Assembly (NCBI GenBank): GCA_002104905.1
Contig: MCFE01000012.1
Location: 186,001 to 250,000, forward strand
Length of the DNA: 64,000 bases
Direction: 5' to 3'
Source: Basidiobolus meristosporus CBS 931.73
Taxonomy: Eukaryota; Fungi; Basidiobolomycota
Shown: one piece after another, positions 38,058 to 49,171 of the stretch
How the letters are laid out: every line of letters begins with the position of its first letter
How positions within the stretch are numbered: position 1 is the stretch's first letter
Program-made: the position numbers and the translations under genes
Notes under the pieces: model-generated
Database searches by the model: none
The model's input: the letters and a program-made list of their open reading frames with translations, nothing else
What the model was told of the DNA's origin: nothing

Positions 38058-40003
38058 TCACATTACGAACATAGCATTAACATCTATAGGACGTCCTGAA
38101 GACATGGACGGTTGTTGTGTGTATCCTTTGTCAACCATGATTTGGCGTAGAGTCTGCAGTAACTGCAAATAGGTTAGGTTCTTGGTGCGACTCAGCGCAG
38201 TAATGAACGCATAGGACATGGCCCCCGTATTTCCAAAGCCTTCCTGAGATGTATCCGCTGAGGTTTGATAATCCTTACATCTTGAATAACAAGTTTGAGT
38301 GGAATGGTCCGATACGCAATACACACATATAGGCTTACTAACCCACTAAACATGATCACATCTGCCACCGATGATTTTGCTTCTTGGTTTCGCCTCTCCT
38401 TGCCTTTGGCATCTAGCATGTTTCCTAGCAAAGAGACCACTGCGATGGGTGACATGGCAGAGGCAGGATCCAGCATGGCCCGTTGAAGTGAATGACCTGC
38501 CAGTGCCATTGGATTCATTTCCTTGAGTTTCCCGTGGCTACTATACACATATGGGAGGTCCATAACAGTTCCAGAATGACAAGAATCAAACACTGCAGTC
38601 AAACGTACACCAGGGGGAAGGCGGCGTACAAGAATTGCATTGATTTCCTTTGTGATACAATCTTCGGTGAGTAAACAGGGAACAGCATATCTAATCAAGT
38701 GCAATCACTTCACATACGTCATCCACAATCTCCCCTGCTTGCTTGTAATCCACTGGCAAAATCGTTTCGTCCGTCCCGTCTAACTCGTCGCCATCAAGAT
38801 CCTCTGTCTGTTGGAAATCCATTGAGTTGACACATCAACACACTCTACTTGAGGTGGTGCTTGATATCTTACCTGCCCCCCATGCCCAGAGTAATGTAGA
38901 AAATATGCGTCGTTAGGCTGGGCACCATTCACAAGCCAGTTCATCCCATTAATAATATTTGCTCTGGTTGGCTGGAACCTTGGATCACGTTGATCGTCCG
39001 TTAGAATCACCATATCCTGGGATCTAAAGCCGTAATGCTCCATGAGGAATCTTTTCATATTGTGCACATCATTTATGCAGCCTAATGGAAATAGAACCTA
39101 ATCAGTCACATTGAAGTTGTATCCAGCCCGCGATGCATGCCTACCTCTGAGTTGAGCGCTTGTGCCGATATAGTTGATTCCAATTAATAAGGCCTTTCTA
39201 TTTCCTGAGCATTGAGATATCATAGGGTGAAAATTGAAAGTCGGGCGTACTCCATTTTGGTAACCGCCGGGAGCAGCGCTTGGCGGAACTGGCATATTGT
39301 ACGAATTAATCGGTGGCGGTCCATAAAGATTGCCAGCATTCTGTTGCAGTGGTGGGCCGTACGAAATCTTTGGACCTGGCTGCAATGGAGCGTCATATAC
39401 ATTTGGAGGTGGAGTGTATGGTGGCGGTGGCGGCTCCTCTGAAGAAACCGATATTCTCGGTGGCACGTTGTAATGCGTATTTGGGGGAGCGTAGTTGCTA
39501 TAGGTAGAGCATCCCGACGATAGTGGAGGATATCCGTTGTAATTCGAGTGAGATTGAGGTGGTGGCGGTGGGGGATATTCGTTATAATTGGATTGGTTTC
39601 GAGGTGGTGGTGGGGGATATCCATTATAGTTGGATTGGCTTTGAGTGGGCGGTGGTGGGGGGTATTGCATGTAATTGGATTGACTTTGAGGGGGTGGTGG
39701 TGGGGGATACTGGTTGTAATTGGATTGGTTTTGAGGGGGTGGTGGTGGCGGGCAATCGTTGTAGTTGGATTGACTTCGAGGTGGTGGTGGTGGGGGATAC
39801 TGGTTGTAATTAGATTGACTTCGAGGTGGTGGTGGGGGAGGAGGAGGACAATCGTTGTAGTTGGATTGACTTCGCGGTGGTGGTGGCGGCGGCGGTGGGT
39901 ATCCATTATAACCAGGCTGCGGTGGGGGTGGTTGGTTGTATTGCTGTGATGGTGGGCAGTATGGAGGCCCGCCGCCATTATAATTTTGTTGGGAATAATA
40001 CAT
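38058..40003 (-). CDS. MCA1: Type I metacaspase with long Pro/Asn/Tyr-rich prodomain (4 introns)
   Basis: [13 protein letters not shown]|[12 protein letters not shown] (His), VFDSCHSGT (Cys), FSG|[16 protein letters not shown]; all introns GT-AG. Confidence 0.95.
39523..39905 (-). repeat. Coding tandem repeat: 8 units of (R/Q)(S/N)QSNYNx(Y/C) + poly-Pro
   Basis: Directly visible in the translation of ORF 39098-40003; ~42-51 nt units. Confidence 0.95.
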
Positions 40004-42219
40004 ACTCTACTCTATAGTAGGTTCTGGATCCTCTCCTTACACGCTACCACAATAATGCCAAGGAAAAAAGAGTCGAAAAGGCCTTTTCTCCAAGAAATTG
40101 TCCAGAGAAACGAATATGTTGTCTACAATGTGTGCCAAGCAAGTATAAAACAGCATTCATGGGTTGCTTTGACGACTTTTTATACGAATCACATGGAGAT
40201 ATTACCTAAGTTGGCTACCATTAGTTTTGTATGTTTGTATTTATCCAATAACTCAAGGCCATCACCTCATGGGTTTCAAACTAAGCACATGAAGATCCAT
40301 TTCAAGTTAGTCGGGCCATCTTATCTCGTTTATTGGCTGATGCTAACTATCTAGAACAATCCACATTTGCAGCGGTGTTTTATTGGCTGCCCGTCACCTA
40401 ATTATAGCCCGCTTAGAATGATGGAGAAAGAATTTAGGCAGCTCTTGATTCACTACCATGCGATGCCCCTGTTAACATTAAGAAAAGATAAGCAGTTTGG
40501 TAGATCAATACGCAGATTTGTGGGCGAATTGGTCAAGCATCAATCTACTGATAAGTTAAACAATATTTGTGCAAGCTAGGGGTTACCAACTCTATGCTAC
40601 AAATTCGTCAGTGACTAGGCTTTTTTGTTCATTAGCCAGGTTTGAGAATCTGAAGTTCAACCAGGAACCCTATTATGCGCCATTATTACGATGCAAAGAT
40701 AGTACATCATCCCGCAGAGGATGCACAAGCCTCTGCTGAGACAACAGCAAAAGATAGTAAATCATATTGAATTTGATGATGGATTTCTAAGAATGTCTGG
40801 AACTCGTCCTATGGATAGCAGAGGATTACTCAATACCATAAATCACCATGCATCTAAACATACTAGAATTCTGGCAAAGTCTACCAAATGTACCGAAAGC
40901 AGGCATAGACTCCAACTTTCCGAAAATCGCTGGCCAGTAGATTCTCAGTTAACGATAAGAAAACCTGACCAATGTCCACAAGCTAGACTAAAAATTCTAT
41001 AGGGTCTCTTTATTAAACTGATCCACCGGAAATATTGGGGAAAGTTAAACAAGAAATGTTGCCTTGAAATTCATCTTTTCCTCGAAACACCTAATTTGTT
41101 TAGATGGTCATTTGATCATTCATGTTAAACTAAGCAGGTATGCTTCCAAAGCAAAAACTGATCACTCATAAATACATTGTATTGACACAGGTGCTAGTCA
41201 TATAAGCACTCTCCTGTCTAATGTGAAGTATACCGGAACGGGACTAACGTAACCAGACATGTGGCTGCAAGAAAGCCATGGGGATGTATAACTTGCTTGA
41301 ATTACAGATCTGATTACAGATGCTTGGTGGGTGGAAATGTAGCCCCATGCAAAATCGCTTCTCACAAATTATCAGCCTTCAGAATACGTGAACGTGCTAA
41401 TCGGCAATGGGTTATATAGATGTAGCTTCTGCTACCTGTTGCCGTCACACTAGAAACGGGTAAACATTAATTCGTGAATTCTACTTGGACCAAATACAGA
41501 AATGGAATAATCTAGGTTGCTTGGTACAAGATGAGTTGATCAGCTGTGCGTTATGTGGACAAGATTATATCATTTGAGGATGTCCCGGTTTCAAGTAAAA
41601 CGTAGGGATTCATGCTTATTTGATTTTAGTGGATCCTATCTGGCTATGCGCCAGTCACGATTTGATCCGCAACCTATGAGACTGCTCACCTATATCTGTG
41701 TGGCTCTCTAATGCAAAAAAGATTCCTTTCCATGTTGCTCTCCCGTGTGTTTCATCCATGGAGCTCGGATAGAACATAGGATGTTGTTTCCATTGCTCCC
41801 AAATCCCATACTTGCATTTACATAATATCAACTATTAAGGAAATCAGGGAGTTTACTTCCAATCATTGAACTTCAGAACATCCAATTTACCAACTGCCAA
41901 GCCTTTTCTCCATTCACAGTAATTTCTAATCCTAGTTTATGTTGCGACGCAAGCCAAGCTTTATAGTCACCATTTGGCCACCGCTGATATATCATGAGGT
42001 TCGGAGAAAGGCATCTATTTATCTTTCTAACTTTTCCATTCGCTTTTGAACCTTAGCTTACCATATTCCATTCCGGAAACAAACTAATTCCCTTGCGCCT
42101 TCGAACCTTCATTGTGCTTACTCCACCTCTACCTGCCACCTAATATATAGTTGTACTGTCAGCTGGCATATTGACATTAACTTGAGAATCTTTTTCGATA
42201 GTACTATATATTTGAATAT

Positions 42220-44419
42220 ATGGAGTATTTCATCGGAATCTATACTTGTCTTTGGGACGAGTGTGGTTTAGTATTTACCGACCCCGAAGCACTATATTCT
42301 CACTTAACTGACGATCACGTTGGCCGTAAATCTACAAATAACCTTTGCCTTACTTGCCATTGGGGAGGCTGTAAAGTATCGACTGTCAAGAGAGATCATA
42401 TAACGTCGCATTTGCGCGTCCACGTGCCCTTAAAGCCATATCCATGCAAAGTTTGTGTCAAAATACGATATTTGTCTCGATTACCTTTGCGCTAACCCTC
42501 TTCAAAGTATTGTCGCAAACCCTTTAAACGTCCACAAGATCAAAGAAAACATGAAAAAATCCATGAACAAGCACACCGTCGGCAATCGTTGCAGCTACCG
42601 CAAACTACTGGGAGACATAACAGATCCTGCTCCTTGTCGTCGCTGAATCCCTCGATAGGGCGGACTTCGTTTCCTTTTGGTATGTTTCGTTGAATAGCGA
42701 ACGGAGAGGTTTCTGGTGCAGGCTAGCGTGGCTAGCTCACCTAGGATCTTGAGTTCGTATTCTTCATGTCCGGCTACTAATGCTTTTTTCAATACATCAT
42801 CTAGGCTCTTCTCCTTATTCCGATGTTTCTGACCATCTTGACCCGGGATTTATGAAATCCAGTCACGAATATAATACGTTTGATTTGCAGCAGAAGCCTG
42901 TGTCTCGATATCCCGACCAGTACACCTATAGTGGTTTTTCATTTGATCCCGAATTTCTGACGAATGATACTACCAAGAAGCGATCACACAGCTATGGAGT
43001 ACAAGACTTCTTTCAGGATGTGAAGAAGCAGAAATTGCCGATAGAGTATAACCTCGGTAAGTGTGTATCCCGTGATTCTCCAAGAAGCCAGAATTGACCA
43101 TTTCAACCTACTTAGACATGGCCAACGTGCTGAATGTTGTGGGAAAATACGTATTTGATGATGGGGTGCAGCAAATTCCCAACTCCATGTCAGATCAGGA
43201 TCGCTCAGCCTATTTGAATTTCATGGAATCACTGAAGCTCCAGATAGACAGCTCGATCAACAACGACTTGACCAACTATTCACCTCCATCAAGCGCTAGC
43301 CTTCAAGGTGGTTGTGGTATCAATGTCAATGATCCAGGAACTTTGCAAGTCCCCCTATCCGAGTCATCTACTGAGCTTTCATATGGCATCGACGGCGTAA
43401 ATCATAGCCTTGATCCCTACGTGTCCAGTTGCACCAGCGAATATGTGCCTGCGTTCCCAGAAAACACGCTCAGCTCGAACACAGATTTCAGCGGAAATTA
43501 CAGTGCAATGGCGCCCAGCGATGTGGACTTCACGTTCAAGTTTCCCACGGACCCTACAGGATCATATCTTGATGGGCAACAACCATACCTGGAGATTGAC
43601 ACCAACACAAATACACTCACCAATAATGACCTCAACACATTACACTCCGCGAGCCCGTCGCCCTCTTCAAGCAATAGCTTTAGCTCTATTGACCCAACAA
43701 GTGTTGCATATAATATCCCTCTGCACGGCGCCTCTCACAACAACAACGTCATCATTGCCCCCAGTCCAAAGAAGAGTAACGCCGGTCGTATGGACGATTC
43801 GCCCCTGTTCAGAGGACCAGGGCTTTCGCACCCTCTGTATACCTCTATGGGACCTCAACGACAGATTACCGACCATAGACGCCGTGCTTCTGATATTGCT
43901 CGCCTTCAACCCTCCATTGAAACTGCCCATACGGCGCTTAACAAGACTAGTGAGAACGTGACCATTACGGTCTCCAAGCCCACTTCGCCATCATCCGATA
44001 GCGAGCGCTCCTCACGCTCAACTCATGTTGCTATTCGTGCTCGATCGGTCTCCCCCAACAGGACAGTAAATGGAAGTGCTAACCTCAAGGTCAGCTCTGA
44101 GGATCCAAGAATGAGACGGAGACTCTCTGCCGGCTCAGTCGCTTCCACCAACAAGGGTACGGCAATCTCAGAGCGCCGGGGTGTGGCTCAGCCCTATAGA
44201 TCCACTCTTGATGAGCGAAAGTACCACTCCAAGCTGCTTAGCCTACTCATTCAAAAGCTCCAGGCATCAGAGAGTTCCGAGCAGGAATCAGGTGAAGGTA
44301 CGGGGCTGGAGCCCAACTCCGAGGTCAAGACTACATATAGCAGAGCTGATACAGGGGATGCTATGGAGAAGCTTCAAGCCCAAATTAATGCCATTCATAT
44401 TGGAGAATGTAACAATTAG
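42220..44419 (+). CDS. pacC: PacC/Rim101-family pH-response transcription factor (3 C2H2 fingers; 3 introns)
   Basis: CLWDEC...[27 protein letters not shown]...[21 protein letters not shown]|..[11 protein letters not shown]; canonical introns join four ORFs; exact start uncertain. Confidence 0.9.
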
Positions 44420-44819
44420 CTCATTAATTATTAAAGAAGCATCAAAATTCCACCGCTCAAATATTGTAACATGTCTAATCAGTCTATCCATGTATCTGCC
44501 TAACTTTATTAAATCAATTTCAATATACGGGGCTTCCGATGAATTCCCGAATCCAATTCGTGTGGACACCCATCAGAATGGTAATCAAGTGATAGCTGAA
44601 AGAAGTAATATGAAAGCCAAAATTTCTGCTGCGAAACCATACTTTATCATGTCACACGGAATTTGAACTTCCCCTCAAATCAACCTTCACTCGGTCCAGG
44701 ATTTTAATCATACTCGTATCGCCTTCCTTCAATAGCACCAATATATTTCATTAATATCGTGACTTGGTTTGATAACTCAGCTTCTGTTCACCGGAGTGTA
44801 TTAAAATACTTCTCTAAAA

Positions 44820-47800
44820 ATGTCCTATCAGCCGATAGAGGTGACCTATTCCTCGTTTTCACACGATCTTGAGGAAGGAGTGCCCGCTCAGGACAGTGAT
44901 TCTTTTGACTCAATCATCGACTTACGACCAACCGAACTGAAATTGAGACGTCGATATACGGACACTCAGAGCTTGAACAATCCGGAGATTGATAGTATAA
45001 TGCCAGTTCTGAGAGAGGGGTTCGCTACTAGCATCATGGATGGGACTATCTATGAAATGTCGTTCCAGATCTTGTGGTCAGATGTGACTCGTGCAAGCAG
45101 AGAGCATGTCCTTGCTGTATACAGTAAGGAATCCCCCGAAGCCGATTGGTCACTGATAGCGCGCACGGAGTTCACAAACAGCAAGGTAAGGCTACGCTTT
45201 CCCAGTGCTCGGTTTCCTAGTGATCTTTGATGGTGACCCTTCATTCACCCTCCTTGCACCCTACTAGGAGAATCGGTCGATATTTGTGGTGACTGTGCCC
45301 TTTGAGGCAGAAGAGGCCTCGCCAGATGCCCACTATAGATTTTCAGTACAAACCAACATGAGTAAGAAATCGGAAGTCATAGGATTCGCTGAATGCCATA
45401 GAGAACAATTGCTACTCTGCTGCGAGAATGGGGAGCCCGGCACTTTAACTTTAGACTTGAAGCATAAAGCCTCCGAACAGCTTCTGATAGATAAGAAGCT
45501 GGGATCCGTATCGATCTTTATGGGTAACGTACGTGTCGCATCGGTTTCACTTCCATACGATTGTTGACTATGCGAGAAACTAACCGCTTTAATGATTATT
45601 TTTCAGATTCTGCGCGTACCCAGATCCGAAGGACTGCCCTTGCTGAAAGTATTCTCACCCTCCATACAGCAAACCTACCAACTGGTAAGCAATCTGCAGA
45701 CCCGCCTGAGAGTTCACGAAACGCTATCCGAGTCGCCGTTTGCATCTTCGTTGCCATGTAAGCTGTTGGGACTCTTCATTAATGAGGAGAGAGATATTAT
45801 CCAAGAATTGGAATCCCTTGATTTCTCCTACATAGACAACACGGATCTAAACAACCAGTTTCTCTCGCTCATGGAGGACTTGAAATCCGTTCAAATAGAC
45901 CGTCACCGGGATCTCCTAGAATACTACGCGGATATATTCCATGAGCTAAACTACAAGCTGCAGCACAAGATCACCTCTGGAGAAGGTGACTTCCGTAGGA
46001 GCCCTGAAAAGAGGAACGAAGAGCTGCAGTGGTTGCCGCTAAACTGCTGCATACAGAAGATGAGGGTAGAGGAGATCGAGCAAGTCAAAAGTAAGAGAGG
46101 CTAATGACCCCCAACCCCTCCCAAAGAGGAAGCTAACCTTTCGCGATGATTTTAGTCTCGAACTATTCGATTGTGACGTGCGGCGCTTTGAGTGCCCATG
46201 CCTTCGATCGCCAACACAAAACCGAAAGACCCGAAACGAATGTTCACCAGCCCTCCTACTTTACTGGATATGTAGATCACACCGTTCAGAATTTCAAGTC
46301 GGACGTACAGAGCCTAACCGACGCTATAAGGCGGTGCGTCCTGACGATCATGGAGAACATCCAACGTGATACCATAAACAATCCCGAGCTCAAGAAGCAG
46401 TTGAGCGAATTGAAATTCCTGGCAAACGAGACGCGCAAATATACCGTGAACTTCCTTGACACCACCATGTTCCAAGAGGGGGTCGTTATCAAGGATCCCA
46501 CTATCGCATCCGTATGTGAAGAGGTTGATCTGATTAGCTATCAGCTGAATGAAGAGAGCTTGTCTAGTCTACACGAGTTGATCTGTTCACTAGACGAATC
46601 TCAGAAAAACCCGCTCACCGTGCGTGTGCTGCTGCAAGAATGTCTGGACCAGATCCAGGCATCCAATCTGCATATCAAGGTGCGGCTTCTCTCGCTCATC
46701 GACTTCTTTATGCTCTCCATAGACAAGAAGCACACTCGAAATGTAACGCAAAGAAAACGAGATGATGTCACATTCTCACAAGCAATCACGGCAATCGCCA
46801 CCGGCTTTGTCTGCATGGTAGACGAGTGCTTGGAAACATTGAACCCATACAAATCCGAGAGACACCAGTTCCTTTGGTCGTTGTTCTGGGAGCGGTTAGA
46901 GCAAGTGGGATTTCTGTGCCAGTTCGAAAGCCTCCTGAGTGTTCACGGTCAAGAGAACACCATGCTACACGATACTTACCAAGCACTATGTGAAGTTGAG
47001 CGCTCTGTAAAGATCGGCTTCCACGCTATACCAGAAGACTTCAAAATCGACCAATCACTAGATATCCTTGGCCACCATGGGTCTATTGTCATATCGATCG
47101 GAATCCCCGAGATCTATTTTGCAAAGATGAATTCCCCGCTGCAAAATGGGACTCAGATCTCTGTGAAGCCGATGCTTTTCACCCAGGGCATCAACCAACA
47201 ACAGGCCTTGGCTAGCATGATGGGGAGCTTCAAATTCCAAAACAAAATCAACAGGGAAAACTACGAAAGATATCACCTCTACCTGATGAAGTACAAGCAT
47301 TGGTGGCAAGCAAAGTCCACCTCGGATAGCTATCTTGGTTACTGGTCGAAGGCCGATCAAATGATGGTGAAGTTAAAAGAAGAAATAGGCAACGGAAACC
47401 GTACCACAGGAAAATCTTGGAGGCTTCGACCCAATGCCTCCCCAACCATTTTACAAACTGCCTCAGAACTCACTTCACTTATCGGCTCATATCCTCAACC
47501 TGACGCTTCTTCGCAATCTCTACCAGGGCCTGATCCGTGCACCAGCAGCGCACACACCTCTAGGCCCCAAATCACTGCCTATTTTACGTTACCCCGTTGT
47601 TCAATGCGCTTCACCATGTGCAAATCCGCCAAAGATCGGACATCAATGTCAGTAACCTTGGAGCAAGCAAATATCTTGGAAAAGCAACACCAGCTTTCGA
47701 AAGAATACTATCAGCAGATACTCAAAGCAATGCGTGAAGAGTGTGGTGTAAGACTTGCAAACATCGAAAGAAATTTCAAAATTGGCTTATGGGAGGCCCA

Positions 47801-48005
47801 GGACCCTCAGACGTTGCCGTCAGGTGAGCAACAGGAGAGAGCGAAGCTAGCACTCCAGGATATTCCAAATGCCTTAACTGTCAACGAATATTCCGACCCA
47901 AGGAGAGGTGAGTCAGGCAAATATGCCTTCAGTGTTTGGCAACTTTATTTCTTTCCAGAAGAATATCGCCCTACTTCGAGAGTGATCGCAAACTTCCAAA
48001 CTTAA
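44820..48005 (+). CDS. INPP4: Inositol polyphosphate 4-phosphatase (INPP4A/B-like) with N-terminal C2-like region
   Basis: Catalytic CX5R motif RFTMCKSAKDRTSMSVTLEQ; FSQAITA, GFLCQFESLLS, LFTQGINQQQ, KYAF...FPEEYRP match INPP4 blocks; 3 inferred introns. Confidence 0.92.
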
Positions 48006-48436
48006 CTGTAATAATTTAAACTCTTCCTGTCTAAGCATCCCTCAACACTGCTCTACCTTATGTCGCCCTTTAACTGTACCTTCTCACTGTTTCCAGAAGT
48101 AGATATGTAAACGAATAGTGTACAAATCCAATCATGCCAGTTGACAATCTATCCCATTAGCATTACCCATCGGTTTAGAAATGGCGGTTTGGATATTTCA
48201 AAATGCGACCTACATCGCTTTTCTTTGGAAGATCGATGCACTCTTTGAGGCATAAACTTCAATGAACAGAGGGATGCCAATATCAGTGGAGTGTGGCTGG
48301 GAAATGCTGTGTGATTTTGCAGAATTTGAGTGGTCACTTTCCTTTGAATATAACAATAATTTCTCTCGAAAAATTGCACGTGCAACAGTCATCACAATTT
48401 ACATGCGTCATTCATCTGTTGAGCAAAACCATAGGT

Positions 48437-49171
48437 ATGCCACCCAAACCACCACACTCTTTCAAACTCCTCCTGTGCGATTTCAACGCCAGCTTATGTG
48501 ATGCTTGGTCAAAGGAAATTCAGCGACTGATTCACAACCCACACAATACGTCATTCAGGGTTGAAGTTCAGCAAGCAGCTTTTAAAGACGTAGTCAGCAA
48601 TACCAAGGTGGATTGCATTGTTTCGCCAGCAAATAGCTTTGGCTTGATGGATGGTGGTGCAGACTGGTACATTAGCAAACTGTTTGGTGGGCCTCAAAAG
48701 CTTATCCCCGTAATCCAAAATAGCATTGATGAAGAATGGTGCGGTGAGCAAAATGTCAATACGACCTTGCTGGTCAACGTTGACAGCTTAAGAGATGGAA
48801 AAGAAGACTTGCCCAAGTATATAGCTCACACGCCTAGCATGCGTATACCTACAACGCTTAGCCCTAAGGAAGACATAGTCTACAAATGTACTTGGGCATT
48901 CTTGAATGCCGTCAGAAACCATAATCGGCATAATACACTCGATAGGATTGAAACTGTTCTCTGTTCGGGGTTTGGAACGGGTACAGGAAGGTTCCCTGTA
49001 GAAATGTGCGCCAAGCAGATGATTCTTGCTTGCTCGAACTTTCTGATTGCCACGGCCAATAGAAACACCGGTAGTAACAACCATACAACAATGCCCAATA
49101 ACTATCTACGCAGCTGGGATTATGCGCGAGCCATTCAGTCTGGCATCAAGAAACTCACTGATGAAACATAA
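48437..49171 (+). CDS. Macro-domain (Appr-1''-p processing / ADP-ribose-binding) protein
   Basis: DCIVSPANSFGLMDGG.D, HTPSMRIP, GFGTGTGRFP; ATG at 48437 preferred over the upstream alternative start. Confidence 0.88.
   Translation: MPPKPPHSFKLLLCDFNASLCDAWSKEIQRLIHNPHNTSFRVEVQQAAFKDVVSNTKVDCIVSPANSFGLMDGGADWYISKLFGGPQKLIPVIQNSIDEEWCGEQNVNTTLLVNVDSLRDGKEDLPKYIAHTPSMRIPTTLSPKEDIVYKCTWAFLNAVRNHNRHNTLDRIETVLCSGFGTGTGRFPVEMCAKQMILACSNFLIATANRNTGSNNHTTMPNNYLRSWDYARAIQSGIKKLTDET

Noticed and set aside
39212-40017. Plus-strand and alternative-frame ORFs rich in V/G/W or H/T
   Set aside because: Shadow frames of the metacaspase repeat prodomain
38058-49171. Metacaspase + PacC + INPP4 + macro domain as a stress or cell-death gene cluster
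   Set aside because: No shared regulatory motif or evidence of co-inheritance is visible; ordinary gene neighbourhood is the simpler reading without synteny data
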